A DNA stretch of 64,000 bases. Source: an uncultured Pseudomonadota bacterium (lineage in GTDB: Bacteria > Desulfobacterota > Binatia > Binatales > Binataceae). The stretch is from contig CAWIMH010000035.1 in the NCBI GenBank assembly GCA_963837035.1, positions 341,770 to 405,769 on the forward strand, written 5' to 3'. Under the pieces are notes generated by a model that did no database searches, was not told the origin of the DNA, and worked only from the letters and a program-made list of their open reading frames with translations. Below are positions 19,167 to 29,465 of this stretch, one piece after another. A program made the position numbers and the translations under genes. How positions within the stretch are numbered: position 1 is the first letter of the stretch; each line of letters starts with the position of its first letter.

Positions 19167-21233
19167 TTACTTGACGAGACCCGTGAATCCTGCAACAAAC
19201 AATGTCGTCAGGATCCAACCAAGACCGATCTCAACCCAAAGCCAGAAACGGAGAGCGCGGCCCCATCCGCCGATATTGGGATTAGGTAGCCACGAGTCTT
19301 TTTGGTGAATATTGATTATCGGCAAAAAAGTGTCGAGTGAGTATGCAAGCGAATTAAATGATTGATAGTATGGTGGTAGGCGTCTTTCGGGTGTGAAGGA
19401 CGAATACGCGTCAGCGGAACAAGGCGAGACAAACCCACACTTGTATCCGCATCGGAAGAGCAGAGCCCCGATCGCTACGACTACCAAACTCCACGGCAGT
19501 GCCCACCAGGGTTCGTAACCATAACGGATAGTTAGCCAAGAAATAAAAAGCCTACAGCGCTCCCACACGCCCAGTTTCACTAGGTTCCAGCGAGAGTTTT
19601 GCAATCCGATGAGGACTTGATATGCCCCTTCGCCCGCTTTCCGCAAGGTTTCTGCCAGTTGGTTGTAGGGTTCGGGTGCGAACTTCGGCTGCTGCAAGGC
19701 AAGCCACGCTAAGCGACTTTTAGCGTCAATAGGACCGCCGGAAATTCGATCATAGGAGAACCCATCTAGATCGAGCTGACCTGGTTTGGGCCAGCTGCTT
19801 TGATCGTCAGCCAGAGAACCGACAGAAGCATCGTTCAGATCGAGCTGCAGCACTGTTCCTTCTTTCGCCTTGATATTTTGCCAGGAGAAAATCCCTTTTA
19901 CTGTGGTTCGCTCGATACTAAGACCACTAAGTGACCGGCCTCCGAACTCCACGTTACTAATAGTTAAATCGTGACTCACAATGGCATCGTTTGCCGTTAA
20001 AACACCGAGCACATAAAGGCCTCCACCCAAGAGCATGCTTTTATCCGTGAAGATTCCGCTCGCCTCCAGGTCACGAATAGTGCCTCCCAGAATAAATAAC
20101 CCGCCACCGAGGTGCGCTCCCGCGAGTCTCATCAGTCCGTCCGTGACTGATAATCCGGTCAGCTGAACGTCTCCCCCTGTCTTGCTATTGTCGAAGTCGA
20201 ACGCTTCACCATCCTTTGGTGAGCTTTTTATAACCATCTGGTTCGCGTATAAACCAAGAGCTATATTGGCGCCAACAAAATGGATCTCGCCTTCGGCGTG
20301 AAAACCATTCAGAAAGACACTTCCTTCGACTTTGGCTCTATCGCCGATTAACGCGTAGTGATGGGGATTCTTGATTGTGCCTTCTTTTATACCTAGCTCG
20401 CCGCCAATTGTTGCGCCGATCAAGGAAATGTAACCGTCCGCGCGGATGCCAGCGAGCCTAATATTTCCCCCAACTTTCGCGCTTTCTAGCATTAACACGA
20501 GCGAATCTACTTGACGTGATTTCGCGCCGCTACGAATCGTTGCACCCATACCCTCAACGTTCCCATTGATCTCTGCAAGTTGAAGGTCCACTACGTCATC
20601 ACTTCGGAATCCTTCATCGAGAAAAAGGCTACCGCGAACCTTTAATCCCTGCGCCGCGATGCCGTTAACCCTACTACCCTTAAGATCGAGAACGTCAACT
20701 TGAGCCCATGGCATCATAATTTGATCGTCGAAATAGGAGTGGCGGATCCCTATGGAAAAAGGGAGGTTCGCAAAATTGAGCAGCAGATTTCCCGTGATTC
20801 GCGCATAGATGAGTCGTATTCCGACCGGGTCAACGCGAGACGCTGCTTTGGGATCGAGCGCGAGCCAGCGAATCAATGAAGCTCGAACCGTGCGGTCCTT
20901 AGGCCAGGTGCCGCCAGTTTCAACGTTATTGAGCGGATCGGAATTGGCTTCGCTTGCTTCACAATGAGCGATGCTTTCGCCTCCATTGACACTTTGGAGC
21001 GCGACTGATTCCAGTAGTCTTACTTCACATTTGGTTAGGTCTCGAAAGCCTGCTCGCCTAGCAAGCGTGATCAACGCGCTCCTTTCTGCTGAATCATCCG
21101 CCCTAGCCAGCCAGGCAGGAAAAAGTGACCGACCTGTTACAAGGAGCACGACCAATATTGTCGCGTAGACCGTGATTCGATGCAGCGATATGTATTCGCT
21201 ATGTTTCAGCATGACCCGAAAGATACGGGGCAA
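19167..21233 (-). CDS. large membrane protein: N-terminal TM anchor, central beta-solenoid-like Gly/Leu repeat region, C-terminal multi-TM domain, unknown function
   Basis: 688 aa. An N-terminal hydrophobic helix (ITVYATILVVLLVTG) is followed by many degenerate repeats of the type G..L.L.G..I.G.L. and a hydrophobic C-terminal region (WALPWSLVVVAIGALLF ... WLWVEIGLGWILTTLFVAGF). The local GC content is lower than the surroundings. Confidence 0.5.
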   Translation of the reverse strand: MPRIFRVMLKHSEYISLHRITVYATILVVLLVTGRSLFPAWLARADDSAERSALITLARRAGFRDLTKCEVRLLESVALQSVNGGESIAHCEASEANSDPLNNVETGGTWPKDRTVRASLIRWLALDPKAASRVDPVGIRLIYARITGNLLLNFANLPFSIGIRHSYFDDQIMMPWAQVDVLDLKGSRVNGIAAQGLKVRGSLFLDEGFRSDDVVDLQLAEINGNVEGMGATIRSGAKSRQVDSLVLMLESAKVGGNIRLAGIRADGYISLIGATIGGELGIKEGTIKNPHHYALIGDRAKVEGSVFLNGFHAEGEIHFVGANIALGLYANQMVIKSSPKDGEAFDFDNSKTGGDVQLTGLSVTDGLMRLAGAHLGGGLFILGGTIRDLEASGIFTDKSMLLGGGLYVLGVLTANDAIVSHDLTISNVEFGGRSLSGLSIERTTVKGIFSWQNIKAKEGTVLQLDLNDASVGSLADDQSSWPKPGQLDLDGFSYDRISGGPIDAKSRLAWLALQQPKFAPEPYNQLAETLRKAGEGAYQVLIGLQNSRWNLVKLGVWERCRLFISWLTIRYGYEPWWALPWSLVVVAIGALLFRCGYKCGFVSPCSADAYSSFTPERRLPPYYQSFNSLAYSLDTFLPIINIHQKDSWLPNPNIGGWGRALRFWLWVEIGLGWILTTLFVAGFTGLVK

Positions 21234-21342
21234 AATCGTATCCTAGCAAGTCCTGACTCGACGCGTCCGCATGCTGGCGTGCTTATGTGGTTTGATAGCA
21301 GTGAACAGAGCGTGGTACCTTGCGGTCTATCCGCTCTCATTG

Positions 21343-22812
21343 ATGGAGACACGCATGGCGGCAAGTACGTCAAGCAGCGGTTCGCTTTCGAAATCGGCAC
21401 TGGTGCGTGCGCGGCTGAAGCATCCGGTGATCGATTCGGACGGCCATACGGTCGAGTTTCAGCCCGCGCTGCGCGATTATATTCGGCAGGTCGCCGGGCC
21501 AGATCTGGCCGGACGCTACCGGACTCGACGGCGCCAACTGGTACCGGATGAGTTGGGATCAGCGGCGCGCGGAGCGGCCGCTGCGCCCGCCCTGGTGGGC
21601 GCTGCCGACGAAGAACACGCTCGACCGCGCCACCGCCACCTTTCCGAAACTCCTGCACGAGCGCCTCGACCAGACCGGAATCGACTTCGCCGTGCTCTAT
21701 CCGACGGCCGGCCTGGGCGCGCCGCATATCCGCGAGGACGAGTTGCGGCGGGCCACCTGCCGCGCCTTCAACACTTCCACGCCGATATCTTCCGCGAATA
21801 TTCTGACCGGCTGACGCCGGCCGCGGTCATCCCGATGCATACGCCGCAGGAGGCCATCGAAGAACTCGAATATCGCGGTGAAGACGCTCGGGCTCAAGGT
21901 CATCATGATGGCGGGGCACGTGCGCCGTCCGGTTCCCGCCGTCGCCGCGGAGCATGCCGCATCCAACTCGCTATGCCTACTGGCTCGACCTGTTCGCGCT
22001 CGACAGCGAATACGACTACGACCCGGTGTGGGCCAAATGTATCGAGCTCGGCGTCGCGCCAAGTTTCCATTCGTCGGGCATGGGCTGGGGCAGCCGTACT
22101 TCGATTTCGAACTACATGTTCAATCACATCGGCCATTTCGCCTCGGCCGGTGAGGCGCTCTGCAAGGCGATGTTTTTCGGCGGCGTCACGCGGCGCTTTC
22201 CGCAACTCCGATGCGCTTTTCTGGAATGCGGGGTCGGATGGGCGGCCAGTCTCTATCGCCGACATGATTGGCCATTGGCAAAAACGCAACGGCAAGGCGA
22301 TGGAGAACTACAATCCCGCCAATCTCGACCGCAAGCTGTTCCAGGATCTTGCGCGCCGTTACGGCGGCAAGCTGGTCACCGACAAGCTCGACGGCCATGG
22401 CGAGGGCTGGGGCATCGGCGGCACCGACGAGGACCCGAACGCGCTCGACGACTGGTCGCGATGCGGAATCGAAAAGGCCGAGGATATCCGCGACTTGTTC
22501 GTGCCCAACTTCTACTTCGGATGCGAGGCCGACGATCCGATCAACGCCATGGCGTTCGACACGCGCAAGCTTCCGTTCGGCGCGAAGCTCAATGCCATCT
22601 TCAGTTCCGATATCGGCCATTGGGACGTGCCCGATATGACCGAGGTGACCGAGGAAGCATACGAGATGGTCGAGCACGGACTTATCAGCGAAGATGACTT
22701 CCGCGATTTCGTCTTCGCAAATCCCGCCCGTCTCTGGACGAGCATGAATCCCGACTTCTTCATCGGTACCGTGGTCGAAGGGGAGGTGAAGAGTCTTCTC
22801 GAGGGCCGCTGA
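21343..22812 (+). pseudogene. amidohydrolase-2 family protein (metal-dependent hydrolase) with at least 4 frameshifts
   Basis: The N-terminal part (VIDSDGHTVEF) and the C-terminal part (GSDIGHWDVPDMTEVTEEAYEMVEHGLISEDDFRDFVFANPARLW) are in one frame. Middle segments are in ORFs 21548-21814, 21878-22153 and 21954-22697 in other frames, and together they reconstruct one continuous amidohydrolase. Confidence 0.5.
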
Positions 22813-23022
22813 TTCTAACCCCCGAACGATCGCCACGGAACAAGCGCGTAGCTTGTAAGGTTTACCGCGACTTCCCTGGAGCCTAGAAGGAGTTCGAATC
22901 CACCTCACCTTGCACTCGACATGGTACAAGACCCGATTCTCCGGCGCCTGAGGTAACGCTTCATGAGGCTGGTCAAAATCGTCGAAGCGCGTGCCGGCCA
23001 CGAGCTATTTGGAATTATGGGC

Positions 23023-23484
23023 CTATCGCCCTTTGACGTGCCGGCCGTGTGACAATTTCGCCGCCATTGCCTTCGGTTTGACCGTGAGGACCGGGCATGC
23101 TGCTTCCCGCACGACGCGTTCGGCAACGCTACCTAGAACTAAACGACTCAGTCCCTTTCGTCCATGCGTCGCCATTACGATTAGGCTGGCTCGCATCCGC
23201 TTCGCGACTCGCAGAATTTCGCTGCTAGGATCACCCATCGCCACGTCGACCTCGTAACGCACCTTCCCGTGGATCCAGCGTTGAGCAAGCTTCTCAAGCT
23301 TGGCGCGCGCTGCGGCATCCATTTGCTCAAACGGCAGTGCTACCTCAGGCCCTGGAGGCATGCCAACGACGTGAAGCAGGTAGAGAGTCGCCTTGCGTTC
23401 CTGAGCGAGTTCGGTAGCGAGCCGCAGTGCCAGAAGTGAGTTCTGGTCGAAATCGACTGGACAGAGAATTTTGTCGAAGATGGG
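23023..23484 (-). CDS. universal stress protein (UspA family)
   Basis: Start at MPIFDKILCPVDFD. It has the typical UspA motifs (ATLYLLHVV..., ATHGRKGLSRLVLGSVAERVVREAACPVLTV). Confidence 0.7.
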   Translation of the reverse strand, partial: PIFDKILCPVDFDQNSLLALRLATELAQERKATLYLLHVVGMPPGPEVALPFEQMDAAARAKLEKLAQRWIHGKVRYEVDVAMGDPSSEILRVAKRMRASLIVMATHGRKGLSRLVLGSVAERVVREAACPVLTVKPKAMAAKLSHGRHVKGR

Positions 23485-23555
23485 CATCTGGTTTTCTTTC
23501 GCCAACTCTTTCGCAATGAATTTTTGCGGCAAGCGGTGTGCTGTTTGGTCGTGAG

Positions 23556-23975
23556 CTAACCGATGGCACCGAGTAAAAAGCCGATAATCAATCCGGCGAG
23601 GACATAGGCAGTGAAACCGACGTAGGCGAAGTCGCGCTTGTTGATAAACAGCGCGAGGCAGAACATGACGCGCGCGAGTGGCACCAAAGCGAGGAGAAAG
23701 AGTCCAACCGTCAACATGGCGTGTGGTTCACCGGCGAGGAGATTAGACCAGATGAGCGCGAAGCTCTCACGACCTATCAGATGGCCGAGTTGAACCTGCC
23801 GATAGCGGTCTACGAAATGGCTCGGCGTAGTAGTCGCGGTTAGTATCAGCCCGGTAATTAGTACGGTCATCGCAACAATGACTATGCTGCGAAGCAGGAC
23901 CGGCGTCCAAAGACGCAGGATACGATCCTCGTCTGCATTCGCAGAGGCACGTACGATTTTTGACAAATCCGCCAT
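23556..23975 (-). CDS. DUF1634-family membrane protein
   Basis: 139 aa with 3-4 TM helices. It lies immediately downstream of the TauE/SafE gene, which is the usual gene-neighbourhood partner of DUF1634. Confidence 0.5.
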   Translation of the reverse strand: MADLSKIVRASANADEDRILRLWTPVLLRSIVIVAMTVLITGLILTATTTPSHFVDRYRQVQLGHLIGRESFALIWSNLLAGEPHAMLTVGLFLLALVPLARVMFCLALFINKRDFAYVGFTAYVLAGLIIGFLLGAIG

Positions 23976-23978
23976 TTT

Positions 23979-24806
23979 TCAGATTCCGCTAAGCGCTCGC
24001 CAGCCCATCTCCAACGCGATCAAGATTAGAATTGCGACGAAGGCTATCCGCAGGTGCTGGACCCTGAGCAGCGGGAGAACGCGGCTGCCGGCGAGCGCCC
24101 CCACCGTCACCCCGACCGCGACCGGTGCCGCGATCGTCGTTGAGACGTCGCCGCGGGACAGGAAGACGAGCGCACCTGCGCCGGCGGTGACACCAATCAT
24201 AAAGTTGCTCGTGGCGCTGGAGACCTTTAGCGGGATGTGCATCACCTGGTCCATGGCGATCACTTTGAGTGCGCCCGACCCGATTCCCAGCAGCCCCGAC
24301 ATCACCCCCGCAATCAGCATAAGGACTCCGCCGTAGCGTAGATTAGTAACTTCGTAATGCTGCAACCGTCCTGATTCATCCGGGATCTCGCCCGCCAAGC
24401 GCAGCTTGCGAGCTAGTACTCCGCCCTCAGCCAGGAGCGTCTCGTCATGCTTCATCAGCGAGAAATATGCGGACTGGAGCATCATCAGAGCGAAAAGCCC
24501 TTCGAGCACATACGTAGGCACCCGTCCGGCCAGATATGCGCCCACGATCGCGCCGGTTACAGTCGCGCATTCGAGCACCATCGCCACCTTGAGATTGGTC
24601 CAGCCGTCACGGACAAAGGCGACACTGGCGCCGGCGCTGGTCGCAACGACCGAGATTAGGCTGGCACCGACAGCGATGCGCATCGGTATCTTAGCTAAAA
24701 CGATTAGTGCCGGCACGATGAACACGCCTCCACCGAGACCGGAGATAGCCCCGACGAAGCCCGCGCCGATAGCAAGTAGTAGTAACCCGGAGAGGATCTC
24801 AATCAT
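23979..24806 (-). CDS. TSUP (TauE/SafE) family sulfite/anion exporter
   Basis: 275 aa with 7-8 TM helices and duplicated Gly-rich motifs (GLGGGVFIVP and GIGSGALKV), characteristic of TauE/SafE. Confidence 0.75.
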   Translation of the reverse strand: MIEILSGLLLLAIGAGFVGAISGLGGGVFIVPALIVLAKIPMRIAVGASLISVVATSAGASVAFVRDGWTNLKVAMVLECATVTGAIVGAYLAGRVPTYVLEGLFALMMLQSAYFSLMKHDETLLAEGGVLARKLRLAGEIPDESGRLQHYEVTNLRYGGVLMLIAGVMSGLLGIGSGALKVIAMDQVMHIPLKVSSATSNFMIGVTAGAGALVFLSRGDVSTTIAAPVAVGVTVGALAGSRVLPLLRVQHLRIAFVAILILIALEMGWRALSGI

Positions 24807-24853
24807 TTCTTATGACCCCGCGAATCGACTCCGGGTCGTGACCGTCGTGAGAA

Positions 24854-25243
24854 TCAACCTCGAATCCCCGCTTTGAGCGCGCCGACCTGCGCTTCGAGCC
24901 GGTCACGCAGCCGCGAACAAATCAGGTCGCAAAGCTCGAGAACCATCTCATCCGCAATCGAGTAATAGACCGTGGTGCCTTGCTGCCGGCGTTTCACCAA
25001 GCCCGCATCCTGGAGAATCTTCAAATGCTTACTGACGTTGGGTTGCGTCGATTCCACCCGTTCGGCGAGCGCCGAAACGCTTCGTTCACCGCCTTCGAGA
25101 TCCTGCAAGATACGTAACCGCAAGGGTTCGCCCATTGCCCGAAAACGCGCGGCAACCAACTCAAGCGCTTCCCGTGTCATCGTTGGGCGCCGTCGTCGCG
25201 AACCGCGTCGAACAGGCGCCTGAATGCTTGCATCCATATCCAT
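24854..25243 (-). CDS. ArsR/SmtB-family transcriptional regulator
   Basis: It has the winged-HTH signature LRLRILQDLEGGERSVSALAERVESTQPNVSKHLKILQDAGLV. The start may be the internal Met (MTREALELV...). Confidence 0.7.
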   Translation of the reverse strand: MDMDASIQAPVRRGSRRRRPTMTREALELVAARFRAMGEPLRLRILQDLEGGERSVSALAERVESTQPNVSKHLKILQDAGLVKRRQQGTTVYYSIADEMVLELCDLICSRLRDRLEAQVGALKAGIRG

Positions 25244-26038
25244 TTACTTATATTCACATGTAGGTAGAGTCAAGTCGCAATTACGGCTCAGCCTCAGGTC
25301 TGTTGCCGCATTTGAACAAAGTGCTCGGACAGATCCTTGATTCCCTGCTGGGCATTGCTGCCTGAGCCCTAGGACTTGATCGTTTTCATCTTACCTTCGC
25401 TCAAGGTTGCTGTTCGCATTTTCAATCTGAACTGCAACCATCGCGTTCGTGTACGTTATTCTCGCCCTTAGCTGGTGTTGAGGAATCAATTTTGAAACGA
25501 GCGCACTAGCGAAACCGTGTCTTAAGCGCGCTAAAAGGCCCTGCATGCGTTTGTAAGCCGGAGTAGGCAACTCAATATCGGTTCGCTTTTGAAAGCAGTC
25601 TCAGCGCGCTTACACCCATCTAAAACGCGGCCTCATTTTCTAATGGGCGATAATCGTGCCTCGCTACAAATGCAGCTGCGGAGATTCTTACCGAGAGACA
25701 AGGCCGCCCTTGACATGGCTCGCGGGTTTTGTGAATTTCTTTATAGGTTCGTCCGTTCCCGTGCGAACCATCTCTCCCTCGCATCGGCTCTAATCTGAGA
25801 CCGAATTCATTCGGGAGGATGACTCATCTTCATAAATCGTTCTTGCGAGAATCATTTTCGAGATCATCTAGCGCAGACGAGTAATCGGGGGGTGGTTCCG
25901 AAGCTGCGCTCAAGAGCCCGAAGAGGTGAACCGAGACCTTCGCGAGAACTTGCAAGTAATGTCACCAGTTTAGCGGAAATTGCTGCGGCGTCAGGGCAGC
26001 AGCGGTAATGAAGAAGCTAACTTGGAAGGAGGCGCACT

Positions 26039-26314
26039 ATGATCACCTTTACCAAAGCGGCGACGGACTTTTTGAAGGTCCTGAAAGACGCGGAAGGTGC
26101 GGCGGAGGATAGCGGAATACGGATTCAAAGGGAGGCCGATGCATCGGGCGTTGCGGTCGGCTTCGCGGTCAGTGATGAACCGGATTTTGATGATGAGGAA
26201 ATCGAGCAGGACGGACTTCGCATCTTTCTAGAGGATGTGCTCGTAGACCCGCTCGACGGGCGCACACTCGACGTTCTTGATGTCGATGGGGAACCGGCAC
26301 TTGTCTTGCGCTAG
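26039..26314 (+). CDS. acidic IscA/HesB-fold-like protein lacking the cluster-ligating cysteines
   Basis: 91 aa: MITFTKAATDFLKVLK...GIRIQ...GVAVGFAVSDEP...GLRIFLEDVLVDPLDGRTLDVLDVDGEPALVL. This matches the spacing of IscA/HesB proteins but contains no Cys. A good RBS (GGAAGGAGG) lies upstream. Confidence 0.35.
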   Translation: MITFTKAATDFLKVLKDAEGAAEDSGIRIQREADASGVAVGFAVSDEPDFDDEEIEQDGLRIFLEDVLVDPLDGRTLDVLDVDGEPALVLR

Positions 26315-26467
26315 TTCACGTCCGGTCCCACGCGAGTAAGTCGGCGGAATTATGCGCGGCGGATGGTGGTGACTCTGGTGCGCCCCGACGTGGCCGGGGT
26401 CGCCACCATTGCGCTCTAGCGCTCGACGACCTGTCGAGAACACTAAAACGAAACACGAGGTCCCGAT

Positions 26468-26893
26468 ATGCGTTTTTCAACCGCAAGGTTTGAGGTGTTT
26501 GCTACGACGCTCGCTCTAATCTTGGCCTTCCAGGTCTCTCCACGCATAGCGTTCGCCCAGGAAGGAGATGGAGGTCGAAGCAGCGGTGGGGATTCGGCTG
26601 CTCCCGCGGTCGTGAGTCCCAAGACGATCGATGATGCCACGCTAGAGCGGACGGCTAAGGCATTTGTGAAGGTCAGACAAATAGTAGAAATAGAAAAGCA
26701 AGATATCGGCAAAGCGACCACTGATGCCGCGAAGCAGCAAATTGCACAGAGGGCAGAATCCCAAAAGATTGCCGCCGTAGAAGCCGAGGGCGTGCACCCG
26801 CAGCAATACAATCAAGTCATAGAGCTGGCCAAGGTCGACAGCACCTTCGATCGAAAGTTCATGTCCTACGTCGATAAGGTGAAGAACTCATGA
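26468..26893 (+). CDS. DUF4168-family periplasmic protein
   Basis: Signal peptide MRFSTARFEVFATTLALILAFQVSPRIAFAQ. Repeated helical TLERTAKAFVKVRQI-like segments are typical of DUF4168. Confidence 0.45.
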   Translation: MRFSTARFEVFATTLALILAFQVSPRIAFAQEGDGGRSSGGDSAAPAVVSPKTIDDATLERTAKAFVKVRQIVEIEKQDIGKATTDAAKQQIAQRAESQKIAAVEAEGVHPQQYNQVIELAKVDSTFDRKFMSYVDKVKNS

Positions 26894-27379
26894 AACTGAG
26901 ATTGATCTTAACTTTGTCCTGTCGCTGGCAATGGCCGAACCGGAATCTCTGTTACTCCCCCGACAGGGATAGACGGTAGCCAGGGACGCCGGCCCGCTGT
27001 CGGAGGCGGGTCGGCGTCATAAGTTCGGACTCCACATGAAAAAGTGCCTCCGCTGACAAGACGATGTCTAGGACAGCAAAGAGGGCTTGGCGTGAAAGAT
27101 GAGGTGAGGAAAGGCTGATGTTTTAGGCACGGCACGTGGTAAGTTTGTTCAGTGTGTGAGCGACCTTACGTATGGCTGTTGCTGTTTATGTGGATTGCTG
27201 CGTCGAACCATCCTAGCTGCTCGAACAGGAAGCCCGCGAGCGCCAGCCGGGTAATTTGGCTTAGCCGTGGACAAGCGCTAGCCGATCCTGTCTTTTCACA
27301 GCGAATTGGTCGGGATGATAACGAGGTCACTAGGTTGCGCTGAGCCCAACGGTGACCCTCCTGCTGTCTTATTCCCGCC

Positions 27380-28192
27380 ATGGTTAGAGGCAATGCGATG
27401 CGGTACGACGATACCCTCCCACCAGCCAAGATGGCCTCGAGGGATGATGCGATCACCAGGGAGCGAGCAAGATCGGTCTTCCCGCGACTATCATCCGGCA
27501 CGCCGCCGATTTCGCATCATAAGGAACATCACCGCACTCAACGGACAGGGTGGCTGCGAGCAGCGGTATTGGGTGCGAACGACGGCATAGTTTCGACAGC
27601 AAGCCTGTTGATTGGTGTCGCCGCAGCACACGCGAGCCACCGCGGCATAATGGTTGCGGGGGTTTCCGGCCTCATCGCGGGCGCCATGGCGATGGCGGCT
27701 GGTGAGTATGTCTCGGTGAGCTCACAGGCAGATACTGAACGAGCCGATCTGGCGATTGAAAGCAAAGGCCTCGAAGATGATGGAGAAGCCGAGCGCGAGG
27801 AGCTGGCTGCAATTTACGTAAAACGCGGGCTGGAGGCTGGACTCGCCAGGGAAGTTGCCGAGCAGCTCATGGCCCGTGACGCGCTAGCCGCGCATGCCCG
27901 CGACGAGCTCGGTATCAGCGAGGCTCTCAAGGCGCGGCCACTTCAAGCCGCCCTGGCGTCGGCGGCATGTTTCACGGTTGGGGCCGCAATACCGTTGCTA
28001 ACCGCGGTCGTCGTTGGTCACGCAAGCCTGATTCCCTCCCTCGGAGCAGTTTCCCTGGCATGTCTGGCACTGCTTGGTGGATTGGCTGCACGCGTAGGTG
28101 GGGCACCCGTGACCGTCGGCGCGGCACGCGTTCTGTTATGGGGTGCCCTAGCGATGGGGCTGACTGCTGGCGTTGGGTCTTTGTTCGGCTAG
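27380..28192 (+). CDS. VIT1/CCC1-family Fe/Mn transporter
   Basis: It has GANDGIVSTASLLIGVA and MAAGEYVSVSSQ motifs, a central cytoplasmic acidic loop and 5 TM helices. Confidence 0.75.
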   Translation: MVRGNAMRYDDTLPPAKMASRDDAITRERARSVFPRLSSGTPPISHHKEHHRTQRTGWLRAAVLGANDGIVSTASLLIGVAAAHASHRGIMVAGVSGLIAGAMAMAAGEYVSVSSQADTERADLAIESKGLEDDGEAEREELAAIYVKRGLEAGLAREVAEQLMARDALAAHARDELGISEALKARPLQAALASAACFTVGAAIPLLTAVVVGHASLIPSLGAVSLACLALLGGLAARVGGAPVTVGAARVLLWGALAMGLTAGVGSLFG

Positions 28193-28357
28193 CCTGGCCG
28201 GTCGAGGTGAGGCTCGGGGAAACTCGCCCACGTCACGAGGCAATTCGAGCCACTCGCCACCATCAAAAGACTAGGCGCAACCGTCCGGATCACTCCGCCT
28301 CGAACCCTCCGGCGCTGCTTTAGGTGCCCGCTGTTCTTCCTGGAGTAGCATCACGCA

Positions 28358-28954
28358 ATGGCTGACATCGAGCCGAGATACGAATTTCGGGTCTGGGGCG
28401 AAAGCCTGGTGGAGCTCAAAGAGAAGTTTGAGCGCCGGGCCACACCGGTCAAAGCGGTGAGCAGGGAGACCTATTTCATTCCTCGGGGGACCGACAGATG
28501 CAATGCCAAGATTCGTGCAGGTTCAATCGATATCAAGATCCTGCTTGCCGAGCACCGTGGACTCGAACAATGGAAACCGGTTCTGAAAGAGGCCTTTCCG
28601 CTCGATCGAACAGTTATCGCCACTCAAATCTTGCCGAGACTGGACATCCGGTCACCACATCTTTCTAAGGCACGGTACGAGAAGGATGAATTTCTAAACG
28701 AGGTCATTGGGCCGGAGCTTGAAATCGTAATCGTGGAGCTTTCCAAAGTGCGCTTTCGATTCAGCCTCCTGACCTGCCTGGCCGAGTTCACCGTGGTTCG
28801 GTTCAATGACATGACGCGCGAAACGGTGGCGGTCGAATCGGCCGATCCTGATGAGTTGCTGCGGCTAATCCATGAAATCGGACTCGATGGTGCGGAGAAC
28901 GTCAGTTATGTTCGCTACATCAAACGCATGCTTGGCATCGGGAAGAACCCTTGA
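28358..28954 (+). CDS. hypothetical protein, possibly a degenerate CYTH-like domain
   Basis: The N-terminal YEFRVWGE aligns with the CYTH ExExK strand, but the Lys is replaced. Later strands (ETYFIP, AKIRAG, IKIL) resemble the CYTH beta-barrel. It lies directly upstream of a canonical CYTH gene. Confidence 0.3.
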   Translation: MADIEPRYEFRVWGESLVELKEKFERRATPVKAVSRETYFIPRGTDRCNAKIRAGSIDIKILLAEHRGLEQWKPVLKEAFPLDRTVIATQILPRLDIRSPHLSKARYEKDEFLNEVIGPELEIVIVELSKVRFRFSLLTCLAEFTVVRFNDMTRETVAVESADPDELLRLIHEIGLDGAENVSYVRYIKRMLGIGKNP

Positions 28955-28997
28955 ACTCGTCGGCTCGGTCGTCCTCAGCCAAATGGTAGGAATCCGG

Positions 28998-29465
28998 ATG
29001 GCCAAAGAAATCGAACGCAAGTTTCTGGTGAAGGGCGACTCCTGGCGCAGCCTGGCCAAAGGCAAACGCTACCGTCAGGGCTACCTCAGCACGGTCAAGG
29101 AACGCACAGTGCGCGTTCGTACTGCTGGCGACAAAGGCTACATCACAGTCAAGGGGATCACAGTCGGCGCGACCAGGTCCGAGTACGAATATGAGATCCC
29201 GTTGGCCGACGCGAACGAGATGCTAGATCAACTGTGCGAACACCCGCTGATCGAGAAAACGCGCTACCGCATCCCAACGGTAGGGGATCTTACGTGGGAA
29301 GTTGACGAATTTGAACGCGAGAACCGCGGCTTGATTACCGCCGAGATCGAGCTAACTGACGAGAATCAGCCGGTTCCACTCCCCGCTTGGATCGGAGAAG
29401 AAGTTACAGGTGATCCGCGCTACTTCAACTCGAACCTGGTAGCACACCCCTTTTCACAGTGGTGA
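28998..29465 (+). CDS. CYTH-domain protein (CyaB/thiamine-triphosphatase-like triphosphate tunnel enzyme)
   Basis: The start MAKEIERKFLV contains the canonical ExExK motif. It also has RVRTAGDKGYITVKG and TAEIELTDE. The ORF-track start at 28872 is a non-ATG upstream extension. Confidence 0.7.
   Translation: MAKEIERKFLVKGDSWRSLAKGKRYRQGYLSTVKERTVRVRTAGDKGYITVKGITVGATRSEYEYEIPLADANEMLDQLCEHPLIEKTRYRIPTVGDLTWEVDEFERENRGLITAEIELTDENQPVPLPAWIGEEVTGDPRYFNSNLVAHPFSQW

Noticed and set aside
22841-22900. tRNA-like T-arm string ggagttcgaatccacc
   Set aside because: The flanking sequence cannot form T-stem or acceptor pairing, and there are no D- or anticodon arms. It is probably a chance match. A tmRNA/tRNA search would settle it.
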